DNA of 64,000 bases from Thermoplasmata archaeon (GCA_034667725.1 JAXDQS010000003.1:32001-96000), one strand, 5' to 3'. Shown: positions 9,703 to 21,257, counted from the stretch's first letter. The notes: generated by a model not told the origin, from the letters alone. Made by a program: numbers and translations.

Positions 9703-12700
9703 ATGCGCGTGGTCCAGATGCACAACCAATCTCCTCTCCTTCGGTCGGCCCTGCTGCTCGCCGTCGGCCTGGCCGCCGTCGCGGCGGTCGCCGCGTTCGC
9801 GTTGCTTGCCGACGAGGCCGACGCCGCCGCCCCGTGCGGCCCCGGCGCCTGCTACTCCGTGTCCGACGGCAGCCCGCAGAACTACCGTTGGATCGACATG
9901 CTCGACCTGTCGGGCCGCCCGAAGCCCAGCTACAACTGGGTCGAGATCGCGCCCGGCGGCTCCCCCGGCGGCGGCAACGCGGTCCCCGGCGTGCGCTCCG
10001 GCGCCTGCGGCCCCGCCGCGCCCGCCAACTGCATCGACGACGACCAGTACAGTTCGACCGCCGCCGGCACGCCCACCTGCATCGGCCTCGGCTTCACCTT
10101 CCAGTACTACGGCGCCGGCTACAACTGCGCCTGGATCAGCGACAACGGCTTCCTGATGCTGGACAACAGCCCCGGCACGCTGGTGAGCGGCACCATGGCC
10201 GCGGGCGTCTGCTACCCGGACTGCACCTACGCGCCCGCCGCGTTCCCGACCAGCCTCGGGCCCGACCGCGTCATCGCCAGCTACTGGGCCGACCAGAACC
10301 CGTTCTTCTGCGGCTGGACCGGCACCGCCGCCGCCTGGGGCGCCTTCAGCCGCACCGTCTCCTCCAGCGGCGTGACCATGTTCGTGGTGGAGTGGAGCGG
10401 CACCCTCGCCCTCCCCAACGCGCCCTGGACCTCCGGCTGCCCCGGCGCCATCGCCGGCACCTCCGACTGCAACGTCAGCCCCGGCGACCCCTCCGGCTGC
10501 ATCCGCGTGTTCCACCAGGTGCAGCTCCACAAGGACACCAACAACGTCGAGGTCATGCTCAAGAACGTCAAGACGCCCGCCGCGCCCGGCTTCACCACCG
10601 TGGCTGGCCTCGGCATCGAGAACGGCGGCGGCACCAACGGCCTCAACTACGGCTACGGCGCCAGCGAGACGTACACCAACCACGCCGTCCGCTACTTCCC
10701 CAACCACGCCCCCGTGTGCCCGTCCGCCCTGGAGACCAGCGTGTACGAGGACGCCGTCGGCGTGCCCCTCAAGCTCACCGCCACCGACCCCGACGGCGAC
10801 ACCCTGACGTTCGCGGCCACCTCGCCCACCATCCGTGCCGCCACCTTCACCGGCCCCGTCGGCGACACCATCACCTACACCCCGGCCGCCGACTTCTACG
10901 GCAACGACCTCGTCTCGTACACCGTCAAGGACGTCTTCGGCCTCGCCTCGGTCGCGACCTGCGAGCTCAAGGTCGTCGTCAAGCCGGTCAACGACGCCCC
11001 GCGCGCCGGCGCCTCGCTTGCGACCCTGCCGGCCGCCACCGTCGGCAACCTCTACGCCAAGGCCGGCGTCATCACGGGCATCGCCTCCGGCCCCTCGGTG
11101 CCGGCCCCCAACGAGCTCGACGAGCAGGGCATCCTGGCGTTCGAGATCGTCTCCACCACGCCCGACATCTTCGCAAGCGGCCCCTCGCTCGCCTGCGTCC
11201 CGGGCCCGCTCGGCTGCAGCTCGGCCACCCTCTCGTTCGTCGCCGACACCCCCGGCACCTCCGACATCTGCGTCATCATCGTGGACGAAGGCGGCACCGA
11301 CACCACCATCGGCGACAAGTGGCGCGGCCCGCTCTCCGGCTCCGCCGAGGCGCCCGTCTGCATGAAGGTCGAGGCCAAGTCGGCCTCCACCGGCGGCGAC
11401 CCCACGCCCCCGCCCAGCGCGTGCAGCGGCCCGCTCCCCACCGCTCTCATTGAGCTGACCTCGCCCGACGTGTTCGCGGCCGGCGGCTCGCTGTCGCTCC
11501 GGGACGACTCCACCGCGGTCGCGCCCAAGACCATCAAGTCCCGCGTCTGGGACTTCGGCGACGGCCTGTCCGCCACCGACGCCACGCCGGTCCACACCTA
11601 CAAGGGCCCCGGCGCCTTCGTGGTGCGCCTCACCGCCTTCGACAACACCGGCTGCGCCGCGTTCGAGGAGACCGTCGTGCGCGTGCAGTCGCCCGCCCCG
11701 ACGACGGGCATCGCCTCGTCGGGCGGCGGCGCAAGCGGCCCGCTCGCGGACGCCGGCGCCGACAAGGTCGTGCGCGAGGGCGCCACCGTGGAGCTCACGG
11801 GGACCGCCAATGGCTACTCCGCCACCGACGTCGCCTACCGCTGGATCCAGGCCTACCCGGTCGAGCCGAAGCTGGCCGTCGAAGGCGCCGACACGGCGAC
11901 GCTGCGCTTCACCGCGCCGGCGCTGGCCGACGTGCAGCAGGGCGAGGCCTACGTGTTCGCGCTCCAGGCCACCGACCTGCGCACCGGCATGGTGTCGCCG
12001 TTCGACACCGTCCAGGTCGACGTGACCGCCCGCAGCGCGCGCCCCATCGCCGACGCCGGCCCCGACGCCACCGTCGTGCCCGGCCGCGACCTCCAGCTCG
12101 ACGCCTCCCGCTCCAGCGACCCCGACGGCGACGCGCTCGCGTTCGCCTGGACCCAGGTGGCCGGCCCCAAGGTGGTCCTGCTGTCCGCCGACGGCCCCAA
12201 GCCCAAGCTCACCACTCCCGTCGGCACGACCGCGGCCTACCTCGACTTCGAGCTGTCGGTCAGCGACGGCGTCTTTACCGCCCGCGACACGATGCGCGTC
12301 TGGCTCCAGCCCGAAGGCACGACGCCGCCCGCCTTCCTGGTGCAGGCCATCCCGGGCGAGCCCAACGCGTTCCGCTTCCAGGCCAACACCCCCGGCGACG
12401 CGTTCGCGTGGGACTTCGGCGACGGCAGCACCGGCAAGGGCGCCGTCGTGACGCACACGTACGCCTCGCCCGACGCCTACAAGGTCAAGCTCACCGTCGT
12501 CGACGACGCGCGCGCCACCGCGCCCGTCGAGCGCGTCGTGACCGCGAGCGCCCCGGCCCGCGTCGACGCCGTCGGCGCCGACGTCGCGGCCGCCGCCGGC
12601 ATGGGCCCGGCCTGGCCGTGGCTCGCCGCCGCGGCCGGCGTCGTGGCGGCCACCGCCGCGGCCTTCTGGCTGCTGCGCCGCCGCGCCGCCGCGGCCGCCG

Positions 12701-12756
12701 CGCCGGCCGGCGAGCCCGCCACGCCGGGCTGGCCGCCCGCGCCTCCCGCCGAGTAG
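9703..12756 (+). CDS. Surface protein 1: nidogen-like N-domain, Ig/cadherin-like repeats, PKD domains, C-terminal TM
   Basis: Signal peptide; GFTFQYYG, IASYWADQ; VNDAP repeat; WDFGDG PKD motifs; ADAGPD-type PKD domains; TM + RRR. GGTGG SD-like motif before ATG 9703. Confidence 0.85.
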   Translation: MRVVQMHNQSPLLRSALLLAVGLAAVAAVAAFALLADEADAAAPCGPGACYSVSDGSPQNYRWIDMLDLSGRPKPSYNWVEIAPGGSPGGGNAVPGVRSGACGPAAPANCIDDDQYSSTAAGTPTCIGLGFTFQYYGAGYNCAWISDNGFLMLDNSPGTLVSGTMAAGVCYPDCTYAPAAFPTSLGPDRVIASYWADQNPFFCGWTGTAAAWGAFSRTVSSSGVTMFVVEWSGTLALPNAPWTSGCPGAIAGTSDCNVSPGDPSGCIRVFHQVQLHKDTNNVEVMLKNVKTPAAPGFTTVAGLGIENGGGTNGLNYGYGASETYTNHAVRYFPNHAPVCPSALETSVYEDAVGVPLKLTATDPDGDTLTFAATSPTIRAATFTGPVGDTITYTPAADFYGNDLVSYTVKDVFGLASVATCELKVVVKPVNDAPRAGASLATLPAATVGNLYAKAGVITGIASGPSVPAPNELDEQGILAFEIVSTTPDIFASGPSLACVPGPLGCSSATLSFVADTPGTSDICVIIVDEGGTDTTIGDKWRGPLSGSAEAPVCMKVEAKSASTGGDPTPPPSACSGPLPTALIELTSPDVFAAGGSLSLRDDSTAVAPKTIKSRVWDFGDGLSATDATPVHTYKGPGAFVVRLTAFDNTGCAAFEETVVRVQSPAPTTGIASSGGGASGPLADAGADKVVREGATVELTGTANGYSATDVAYRWIQAYPVEPKLAVEGADTATLRFTAPALADVQQGEAYVFALQATDLRTGMVSPFDTVQVDVTARSARPIADAGPDATVVPGRDLQLDASRSSDPDGDALAFAWTQVAGPKVVLLSADGPKPKLTTPVGTTAAYLDFELSVSDGVFTARDTMRVWLQPEGTTPPAFLVQAIPGEPNAFRFQANTPGDAFAWDFGDGSTGKGAVVTHTYASPDAYKVKLTVVDDARATAPVERVVTASAPARVDAVGADVAAAAGMGPAWPWLAAAAGVVAATAAAFWLLRRRAAAAAAPAGEPATPGWPPAPPAE

Positions 12757-12851
12757 CCGCGCCGTTTCGCAGCGGCGGCACGAAACCAGGAGGCCGCCCA
12801 GAAAGGGCTTAAATCCTGAGCGTCGGGTGCCGCCCGTCCGGTGGTCGTCAG

Positions 12852-15800
12852 TTGAACCAAGGCCTTTCCGCTGTCCTCGTCGCCCTGGCGTTCGCCGGGT
12901 CCGTGCTGGCCTCCCTGGTCGCGGTCGCCGTGCCTGCCGAGGCCGCGTTCGCGCCCGCCCCCACGGGCGGCGCCGACGCCTCCGCCCAGCGCTACCGGTG
13001 GGTGGACAGCACCGCCCCCGGCTGCACGTTCTACGTCGGCGCCACGGCGCCCTCGCCGGCGCCCGCCTCCGGCTGCCCCACCGGTTGGGAGGACGTCTCC
13101 TCGTCGGGCACGCTCATGTGCAGCGGCACCGGCTGCGGCGACGACGCCTCGACGGTGATGTGGTACTACTGGACCGACCCGTCGCTTGCGACCAAGTTCT
13201 ACGGCCAGCCCGTCATCGCCGGCTGCTGCGGCCCCTGGCCGCACTACTACTCCATCACCATCGGCGCCAACGGCTACATCAACATGGGCTACAACTGGGT
13301 CTCGCCCGGCGGCGCGATGGAGCAGACGCCCGTGGCCCTGCCGTCCAGCGCGGCCCCGCCCTACATGGTCGCCCCCTTCTGGGCCGACCTGAACCCGAAC
13401 GTCCCGGTCTGCTCCGGCGACACGCTGCCGACCCCCGGCGGGCAAGGCGTCTACGCCCGCAGCCTCGGCTCGGGCTCCAGCAAACGCCTCATCATCCAGT
13501 GGAACAACATCATGGTGACCGCGACCCACCCGCCGACGGGCACCGCCCCCGGCTCCGCGGCCTACAACGCCGCCATCTGCGGCGCCGCCCACGCCTACGC
13601 CACCTTCCAGGTCAAGGTGTTCAACACGGGCGCCCTCGACGCCGTCATCCGGAGCGCCGACGACAACGGCCAGGCCGTCACCATGGGCATCCAGGACCCA
13701 AGCCGCCTCTACGGCCTGACCTACCACTACGAGGCCGCCGGCGCCCGCGACGTCGTCACCGACCGCGCCGTGCGCTACTACCCGAACACGGCCCCCGCCA
13801 TCTCGCCCTCCAGCCTCAGCATGAGCGGCCTCGAGGACACGCTCGCGGGCACCGTCACCGCCACCGCCACCGACCCGGACTACGGCGACGCCGGCTCCGT
13901 CCCGTCGTTCTCGCTGTCGCCCAGCTTCCCCGGCAGCCGCGGCACGGCCACCATGCTGTCCACCTCGACGCCGAGCCCCGGCACCGCCTCGGCCACCTTC
14001 GACTACACCGCCGGCGCCCCCGCCGCCTCGCATCTGAACAAGAACGGCGCCGACAGCTTCCGCATCCGCGCCACCGACACGACCGGCGCCTTCAACGAGC
14101 GCATCGTCAACGTCAACGTCGCCTGGGTCAACGACCCGCCCGCCGCCGTCGACAAGGGACCTTACCCCGTGGCCGCGGGCGACCTGGTCTTCGTCCCCGC
14201 CGACGCCGGCCTCCTGGTCGGCGCCAGCGACCCCGAGGTCGCCGGCTTCCGGCACGCCGTCGAGACGCAGCCCGTCCAGAAGCTGACGGCGCACCGCGAC
14301 GAGTGCCCGGACAAGGCCACCTGGCCGTCGCTGCCCGCCCGCGAGCTGCTGCACGGCGCCGTCTCCGACTTCAAGAAGGACGGCTCGTTCGTCTACACGC
14401 CGGACCCCACGCACACCGGCGGCGACTTCCTCTACTTCTGCGTCTCCGACGGCACCGCCTTCAGCCCCACCCAGAAGGCGTTCTTCGACGTCAACGTCGT
14501 GTCCGCCGACATCCTGGCCAAGTCCGACGTGCTCTACAGCATCAACGAGGACGGCAGCCTGTCCGCCATGGGCGCCTTGGGCACCCGCACCAACGACGTG
14601 CTGTCCGCCGGCCTCACGGGCGTCGCCTACAACCTGGTCGGCGCGCCGCCCGCCAGCGCCGCCAGCTTCACCTTCAACCCCGACGGCACCTTCGTCTACG
14701 TGCCCAAGGCCGACTGGAACGGCGTCGACACCTTCCGCTACAACGTCACCGCCGACGGCGGCAAGGCCAGCAACACCGCCCTGGTCCGCCTCACGGTGCT
14801 GCGCGTCAACGACCCGCCCACCATGGAGCTGGCCGCCATCACCGACCGCGTCAAGGAGGACGCCTCGCTGCGCACCGTCAGCGCCTTCCTGACCGGCGTC
14901 AGCGTCGGTCCCGCCACCGCGGCCGCCTTCGACGAGGGCGGCCAGGCCGTCACCATCGAGATCGTGTCGCAGGAGGACGCCACCCTGTTCGCGGGCCCGA
15001 CCGGCAGCCTCGGCTTCACCGGCGCCGGCGCCAACCGCAACCTCGTCTACCGCCCCGCCCCCGACGCCAACGGCGAGTCGGAGATCTGCGTGCGCGCCCG
15101 CGACGACGGCCTCGGGCCGCTCGACACGGTCGCGCCGGCCTACTCGCCGGCCGCCTGCTTCGTCCTCATCGTGGACCCGGTGGCAGACGCGCCCAAGACC
15201 CAGCCCGACACCTACGTCGTGTACCGCAACCACATGCTGGTGGTGGACGAGGCGCACGGCGTCCTTGCCAACGACGCCGAGGTGGACAACGAGAGGATGG
15301 TCGCCGACAAGCTCACCGACCCCTCGCTGGGCTCGCTATCGTTCAACCCGGACGGCGCGTTCATCTACACGCCCAAGGCGGACTGGGTCGGCAACGTCCT
15401 GTTCAACTACAAGGCCAAGGACGAGACCGGCAAGCTCTCCGGCGTCACCCCGGTGACCATCAAGGTCAAGGACAACAAGCTCCCGGCGGCCACCCTGTCG
15501 GCCAGCGCCACCACCGGTGTCGTCGGCGACTCCATCGTGTTCTCCGCTCTCTGCTCCGACCCCGAGGGCGCCCCCGTCGGCCTCCTCGTCGACTTCGGCG
15601 ACGGCTCCTCCTCGACCCTGACGACCCCCATGCACAGCTTCGAGCAAGGCGGCGTCTACGAGGTCCGCCTCACCTGCACCGACGAGGTCGGCGACGTCCG
15701 CATCACCTCGCTTCTGGTCAACATCAAGTCCGACGGCGACTTCTCGCCGGTGGCCTCCGAGCTCGACGCGCTGGCGCTCCTGGTCGCCTTCGCGGGCGAC

Positions 15801-16718
15801 AACCAGAACGTGCACGAGCAGGACGCCGTCACGCTGCGCGGCACCGGCCAAGGCGGCGACCCCGGCCGCTACAGCTACGCCTGGAAGCAGGTGCAAGGCC
15901 CCACGGTCGCCCTCGCGGACGCCGACACCGCCCAGCCCAGCTTCACCGCGCCGTCGTTCCAAGGCACCGCCCCCGTGGCGCTGGTGTTCGCGCTGGAGCT
16001 CTCCGACGGCACCCGCAACTCGCTGCCCGACCTGGTGCAGGTCAACGTCGCCTCCACCAACAAGCCGCCCGTCGCGCACGCCGGCGCCGACCAGCGCCTG
16101 CCCGAGGGCAGCCTGGCGACCCTGTCCGCGCTCGCCTCCAGCGACCCCGACCACGACGCGCTCAGCTATGAGTGGAGCCAGGTCGGCGGCACCCCGGTGA
16201 CCATCTCCGACCCCAACGCGGCCCAGCCCAGCTTCACGGTGCCCCCCTACAGCGGCGTGCCCCTGACGTTCCAGCTCTTGGTGTCCGACGGCGAGGCCCG
16301 CGCCAGCGCCCTTGCCACCGTGCTCGCGCTGCCGCCCGAGGTCACCGACCAAGGCTTCACCTACCGCGTCACCGACGGCGCCGACGGCGCCATGGTGCGC
16401 TTCGACCCGAACATCTCCGGCGAGACCTACGTCTGGGACTTCGGCGACGAGACCGAGTTCGGCACCGCCGCGAACCCCGAGCACGTCTACAAGCGCGCCG
16501 GCCAGTACACCGTCCGGCTGACGGTCATCGACACCGCCGGCCAGGCGCAGGCGTTCGAGAAGCCGATCACCGTGTCGGTGGCCGACAAGGCCCGCGGCGC
16601 GCCCGCCGTCCAGCCGGACGCGGCCGGCGGCGGCTGGCTGCTGCCCACCGCCGGCCTCGGCTTCGCCATCGTCGCGGCCGCCGCGGCGGCGGCACTTGTG
16701 CTGCGCCGCCGCGCCTGA
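12852..16718 (+). CDS. Surface protein 2: same architecture, about 5 stalk repeats
   Basis: TTG start preceded by the same CGGTGGTCGTC motif as 9703; VAPFWADL; DGSFVYTP tandem-95-type repeats; PKD; TM + RRR. Confidence 0.85.
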   Translation: MNQGLSAVLVALAFAGSVLASLVAVAVPAEAAFAPAPTGGADASAQRYRWVDSTAPGCTFYVGATAPSPAPASGCPTGWEDVSSSGTLMCSGTGCGDDASTVMWYYWTDPSLATKFYGQPVIAGCCGPWPHYYSITIGANGYINMGYNWVSPGGAMEQTPVALPSSAAPPYMVAPFWADLNPNVPVCSGDTLPTPGGQGVYARSLGSGSSKRLIIQWNNIMVTATHPPTGTAPGSAAYNAAICGAAHAYATFQVKVFNTGALDAVIRSADDNGQAVTMGIQDPSRLYGLTYHYEAAGARDVVTDRAVRYYPNTAPAISPSSLSMSGLEDTLAGTVTATATDPDYGDAGSVPSFSLSPSFPGSRGTATMLSTSTPSPGTASATFDYTAGAPAASHLNKNGADSFRIRATDTTGAFNERIVNVNVAWVNDPPAAVDKGPYPVAAGDLVFVPADAGLLVGASDPEVAGFRHAVETQPVQKLTAHRDECPDKATWPSLPARELLHGAVSDFKKDGSFVYTPDPTHTGGDFLYFCVSDGTAFSPTQKAFFDVNVVSADILAKSDVLYSINEDGSLSAMGALGTRTNDVLSAGLTGVAYNLVGAPPASAASFTFNPDGTFVYVPKADWNGVDTFRYNVTADGGKASNTALVRLTVLRVNDPPTMELAAITDRVKEDASLRTVSAFLTGVSVGPATAAAFDEGGQAVTIEIVSQEDATLFAGPTGSLGFTGAGANRNLVYRPAPDANGESEICVRARDDGLGPLDTVAPAYSPAACFVLIVDPVADAPKTQPDTYVVYRNHMLVVDEAHGVLANDAEVDNERMVADKLTDPSLGSLSFNPDGAFIYTPKADWVGNVLFNYKAKDETGKLSGVTPVTIKVKDNKLPAATLSASATTGVVGDSIVFSALCSDPEGAPVGLLVDFGDGSSSTLTTPMHSFEQGGVYEVRLTCTDEVGDVRITSLLVNIKSDGDFSPVASELDALALLVAFAGDNQNVHEQDAVTLRGTGQGGDPGRYSYAWKQVQGPTVALADADTAQPSFTAPSFQGTAPVALVFALELSDGTRNSLPDLVQVNVASTNKPPVAHAGADQRLPEGSLATLSALASSDPDHDALSYEWSQVGGTPVTISDPNAAQPSFTVPPYSGVPLTFQLLVSDGEARASALATVLALPPEVTDQGFTYRVTDGADGAMVRFDPNISGETYVWDFGDETEFGTAANPEHVYKRAGQYTVRLTVIDTAGQAQAFEKPITVSVADKARGAPAVQPDAAGGGWLLPTAGLGFAIVAAAAAAALVLRRRA

Positions 16719-16775
16719 GGGCGACAGCGTCGGGCCTGCAAAGATTCAAGACCTGCCAGGGTACGTCCCTCCCGT

Positions 16776-19700
16776 ATGGTCCGGTGGGGACACCCTCGCG
16801 CGTTCGTCTGGCTCGCCATTGCTAGCGCCTTCATCCTGGCCGGCCTCGGCACCGCCGCTGGCGGCCCTTGGACGCCCGCCACCGGCACCTCCACGGACGG
16901 CCTCTACCACGGCAAGGACTACGCCGACACGGTGTCGTCCCAGCCCTTGGTCTACGGCTCGGGCGACTGGGCGGCCACCGGCGGGCCGCCGATGCCGTGG
17001 TCGAACATCGACATCTCGACCTGCACCACGGGCTGCGTGACCCCCGCCCTGCCCGACTCCTACGGCGGCGGCGCCTGGAGCGCCGACCAGGCCATCGGCT
17101 TCAACTTCGAGTTCTTCGGCTGCACCTACAACAAGCTCAAGCTGCACGGCTTCGGCATCGTCGGCTTCTCCGGCAACACCTGCACCGCGGCCCTCCCGAC
17201 CCCGGGCAACATCGACACCAACAACGTGCTGACCTCGAGCAGCAAGGCGTGGTACGTCATCTTCCCGTTCACCAGCACCTCCCAGAACGCGGCCTGCAAG
17301 GGCGGCTCGATCGCGGCGGGCAACGTCAAGACCATGCAGGTCCCCGCCACGGCCACCAGCCCCGCCGTGTTCGTCATCCAGGTCACCAACGCGCCCTTCA
17401 CCAACGGCGGCTCGTGCTCGACCTCGACCTACGGCATCAACACCTACCAGGTGCGGCTCTACCAAGGCACCAACGTCATCGAGGTCCACTACAAGCAGGT
17501 CAGCAACGCCGACCCGTACGGCGGCGCCGACGTCGAGTCCGGCATCAAGGGCGGCTCGACCGCGAAGTACCTGCGCTACGCCAACCTCTACGTCACGGGC
17601 GCCACCAAGACCGCGAGCGGCCTCGTCGTCCAGTACCGCCCCATGGTCGCCACCCCCACCGCGCCGGTGCCGACCCCGAAGGCCGTGAACGACACCTACA
17701 CCTTCGACTTCCTCAACAACGGCCCGACCTTCATCGTGGACGGCCTGCCGCACGGCACCCCGTCCTACACCGCCAACCGGCTCACCAAGAACGACCTCTC
17801 GGTCGCCTCCGCCTCGTTCATCGCGCTGCACGCCAGCGGCCCCTCCGGCGGCAGCCTCCAGGCCGCGAGCGGCGGTGCCTGCACCGGCAGCAGCCCCGCC
17901 ATCTCGACCGACGGCAGCTTCTGCTTCACCCCGCCCGGGCTCAACCCGTGCGCCGAGGGCCCGTACCACTTCAACTACCGCGTCAAGGACGCCTGGAACT
18001 CCAGCCCCGTCGGCAACGTGACGCTCCAGTTCGTCAACTGCAACATCGCGCCGGTGGCCAACGACGACGCCTACTCGGCCACCGAGGACACGCCGGTCAC
18101 CGTGGCGGCCACCGCCCCCGCCGGCGCGTGCCCGCCCGCCGCCGGCCCGCTGTGCAACGACACCGACGACGGCCAGCCCGCCGTCCCCGGCTCGCTGTCC
18201 GCCCTGCTGTCGGCCGCGCCGCTCACGGGCGCCGTCGCAGGCGCGGGGCTGCCGGGCGTCGCGCCGGGCGGCGACGGCGCCTTCACCTACACGCCGGCCG
18301 CCAACGTGTGCGGCACGGACACCTTCCGGTACCAGGCCTACGACGGCATCGCGCGCAGCAACAACGCCACCGTCACCATCGCCATCGCGTGCACCCCCGA
18401 CTCGCCCGTGGCCACCGACGACGCCTACACGCTCGACGAGGACACCACGCTGGCTGTGGACTCGACCTGCCTGGGCTCGCTCGTGAGCCCGAAGTGCAAC
18501 GACGCCGACCCCGACGACCAGACCGGCACGCTGCACCGCGACGCCGCCGGCTTCTCCATCACGGCGGCGCCGCTGCACGGCACCATCGCGTTCCCGGCGT
18601 GCGCGAGCTGCCCCGGCGGCCCCGGCGGCGACTTCGCCTACACGCCTGCCGCCAACTACTGCGGCACCGACGCGCTGCAGTACAAGCTCACGGACGACGC
18701 GGGGATGCCCGCCTCGGCGCCGGCCACCATCGCGTTCACCGTCGTCTGCCAGCCGGACGACGACGCCTACGCGACGGTGGAGGGCGAGGAGCTCAACGTG
18801 CCCGCCCTCGGCGTGCTCGCCAACGACAACGACGCCTTGGGCAGCGTCCCCATGACGGCCGTCCTCTACGGCGCGGGGCCCACGCACACCATCCCGAGCG
18901 GCTTCGCGCTGCACCCCGACGGCTCGTTCGACTACGCGCCCGCCGCCGGCTACGTCGGCACCGACGCGTTCCAGTACAAGACCAACCAGGGCGGCACCCT
19001 GTCGGCCCCGGTCACGGCCACCATCACCATCAGCCCGGTCAACCCGGCGCTCATCGCGCGCGGCGACACCCGCAAGATGTCCGGCGCCGACCACTCGTTC
19101 GGCGCCACCGAGGACGCCACCGTCGTCGTGAGCTCCCCCGTCCACGCCACCGTGCCCGGCATGGTCGGCGTCCTTGCCAACGACCACATCGCCGACACCA
19201 CGACCGCGTGGTCGCTGGTGCTGGTGTCGCTGCCCGCCCACGGCACCGTGACCCTCCGCAACGACGGCTCGTTCGACTACGACGCCAGCGAGGACGACTA
19301 CAACGGCCCCGACAACTTCCGCTACAAGATCGTCCAAGGCGCCCAGGAGAGCAACCCCGCCATCGTCCAGGTCCGGGTCGCCTCGGTCAACGACGCCCCC
19401 ATCGGCCTGTCGCGCAGCTACCCCTGCATCGACGAGGACACCTGGCTGACGGTCGCCGCCGCCAGCGGCCTCCTGGTGGGCTCGACCGACCGCGCCGGCC
19501 TGCCCGACGAGGGCAACTTCCCGCTCGTGCCGGTGCTGGCCACCCCCGCCATGCTCGGCACCGTCCTCGTCAACTCCGACGGCTCGTTCAGCTACACGCC
19601 CGACGCCAACAAGAACGGCGCCGACAGCTTCCAGGTCCGGCTGCGCGACGCCAAGGGCACCCCGCTCTCGGCCCCGCTCACGATCAGCCTCTGCGTCACC

Positions 19701-21257
19701 CCGAAGACCGACCCGCCGGTGGCCGTCAACGACGCCTGCAACGCCTACCTCGGCTACCGCAAGACCGTCGCCGCCCCGGGCGTCCTGGGCAACGACCTCG
19801 ACCCCGACATCCCCAACGGCGACACCATCTCGATCGTGCCCAGCTCGCTGTCCTACACGGGCCCCGGAACCTTCGTGGTCAACGCCGACGGCTCCTGGCG
19901 CTACGACCCCGACCCCGCCATGACGACCGCCTACATGGCCGGCTTCACGTACCGCATCCGCGACTCGACCAACCAGCTGAGCAACGTCGCCACCGTGTCG
20001 TGCAGCGTCCAGCCCAACCTGCCGCCCACCGCCGCCTTCTCGCCCAGCAGCCAGGTCGCGCTGGCCCACGAAGGCATCAGCTTCCTCGACGCCAGCACCG
20101 ACCCCGACGGCACGGTCGCCGCCTGGTCGTGGGACTTCGGCGACGGCTACACCAGCACGCTGCGCTCCCCGACCCACGCCTTCGCGGGCCCCGGCGTCTA
20201 CCTGGTCCGCCTGGTGGTGGCCGACGACCTCGGCGCCACCGACGACACGGCCCACTACGTCGAGGTCCGCCTGCCCGCCGAGACCACGCCGGTGGACGCC
20301 AACGAGGCCGGCCAGGACGCGCCCGAGGCCAACGCCGGCCCCGACCTCACGGTGCCCGAAGGCAGCGAGGTCACGGTCCACGGCGTCGTGGCCAAGGGCG
20401 ACGGCCGCCACGTCCAATGGCGCCTCCTCGGCGGCCCCGCGGTCGCCATCCGCGACCCGACGGCGCTCAACCTCGAGTTCACCGCCCCCGTCCTCACCAG
20501 CGACGAGCCGGTGCTGCTGACGTTCTCGCTCACGGTCGGCAACGACCGGCGCGACTCGCTGCCCGACCTCGTCGAGGTGCTCGTGGTCACGAAGAACCAC
20601 GCCCCCGAGGCCGACGCCGGCCCCGCCGCGACCGCGCTGCCCGGCGCCAAGGTCACGCTCGACGGCTCGCGCTCCAAGGACGCGGACGGCGACGCGCTGT
20701 CCTACGCGTGGCGCCAGGCCACCGGCCCGAAGGCCGAGCTCGCCGGCGCGGACGGCCCCAAGCCCAGCTTCACGCTGCCGCAGGCCGCCGCCGGAACGGT
20801 GCTGGTGTTCGAGCTCGAGGTCCGCGACGCCCGCGGCGCCTCCGTGGACGCCGTCCAGGTGCTGGTCGGCCGCGCCCCCGAGGCGCCCGCCGGCTTCCAC
20901 CTGGAGCAGGGCACGGACGGCGAAGTCCGGTTCGAGGCCATCCCCGAAGGCCAGTACGCCTGGTTCTTCGGCGACGGCGCCTCCTCGACCGAGGCCGCGC
21001 CCGCGCACGTCTACACCCGCTCCGGCGACTACGTCGTGACGCTGCGGGTCGCCACCGACAAGGGCGTCCAGGAGTTCAGCGAGCTGGTGCGCGTCGACGC
21101 GCCCGCCGTCCAGGAGCGCGCCCGCCCCCAGGTCGAGCTGGCCGACGCCTCGGGCGCGGACGCCGGCCTCTGGGTGGGGCTGGGCGCCGCCGCCTTGGTC
21201 GCGGCCGGCCTGGCCACGGTTCTCGTCGTGGGCCTGCGCAAAAACCGCGCCCGCTAA
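16776..21257 (+). CDS. Surface protein 3: same architecture, about 7 stalk repeats
   Basis: Signal peptide; GFNFEFFG; repeated PVAxDD..ED...DGxFxYTP...G.D.F.Y units; WSWDFGDG; TM + basic tail. Confidence 0.85.
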   Translation: MVRWGHPRAFVWLAIASAFILAGLGTAAGGPWTPATGTSTDGLYHGKDYADTVSSQPLVYGSGDWAATGGPPMPWSNIDISTCTTGCVTPALPDSYGGGAWSADQAIGFNFEFFGCTYNKLKLHGFGIVGFSGNTCTAALPTPGNIDTNNVLTSSSKAWYVIFPFTSTSQNAACKGGSIAAGNVKTMQVPATATSPAVFVIQVTNAPFTNGGSCSTSTYGINTYQVRLYQGTNVIEVHYKQVSNADPYGGADVESGIKGGSTAKYLRYANLYVTGATKTASGLVVQYRPMVATPTAPVPTPKAVNDTYTFDFLNNGPTFIVDGLPHGTPSYTANRLTKNDLSVASASFIALHASGPSGGSLQAASGGACTGSSPAISTDGSFCFTPPGLNPCAEGPYHFNYRVKDAWNSSPVGNVTLQFVNCNIAPVANDDAYSATEDTPVTVAATAPAGACPPAAGPLCNDTDDGQPAVPGSLSALLSAAPLTGAVAGAGLPGVAPGGDGAFTYTPAANVCGTDTFRYQAYDGIARSNNATVTIAIACTPDSPVATDDAYTLDEDTTLAVDSTCLGSLVSPKCNDADPDDQTGTLHRDAAGFSITAAPLHGTIAFPACASCPGGPGGDFAYTPAANYCGTDALQYKLTDDAGMPASAPATIAFTVVCQPDDDAYATVEGEELNVPALGVLANDNDALGSVPMTAVLYGAGPTHTIPSGFALHPDGSFDYAPAAGYVGTDAFQYKTNQGGTLSAPVTATITISPVNPALIARGDTRKMSGADHSFGATEDATVVVSSPVHATVPGMVGVLANDHIADTTTAWSLVLVSLPAHGTVTLRNDGSFDYDASEDDYNGPDNFRYKIVQGAQESNPAIVQVRVASVNDAPIGLSRSYPCIDEDTWLTVAAASGLLVGSTDRAGLPDEGNFPLVPVLATPAMLGTVLVNSDGSFSYTPDANKNGADSFQVRLRDAKGTPLSAPLTISLCVTPKTDPPVAVNDACNAYLGYRKTVAAPGVLGNDLDPDIPNGDTISIVPSSLSYTGPGTFVVNADGSWRYDPDPAMTTAYMAGFTYRIRDSTNQLSNVATVSCSVQPNLPPTAAFSPSSQVALAHEGISFLDASTDPDGTVAAWSWDFGDGYTSTLRSPTHAFAGPGVYLVRLVVADDLGATDDTAHYVEVRLPAETTPVDANEAGQDAPEANAGPDLTVPEGSEVTVHGVVAKGDGRHVQWRLLGGPAVAIRDPTALNLEFTAPVLTSDEPVLLTFSLTVGNDRRDSLPDLVEVLVVTKNHAPEADAGPAATALPGAKVTLDGSRSKDADGDALSYAWRQATGPKAELAGADGPKPSFTLPQAAAGTVLVFELEVRDARGASVDAVQVLVGRAPEAPAGFHLEQGTDGEVRFEAIPEGQYAWFFGDGASSTEAAPAHVYTRSGDYVVTLRVATDKGVQEFSELVRVDAPAVQERARPQVELADASGADAGLWVGLGAAALVAAGLATVLVVGLRKNRAR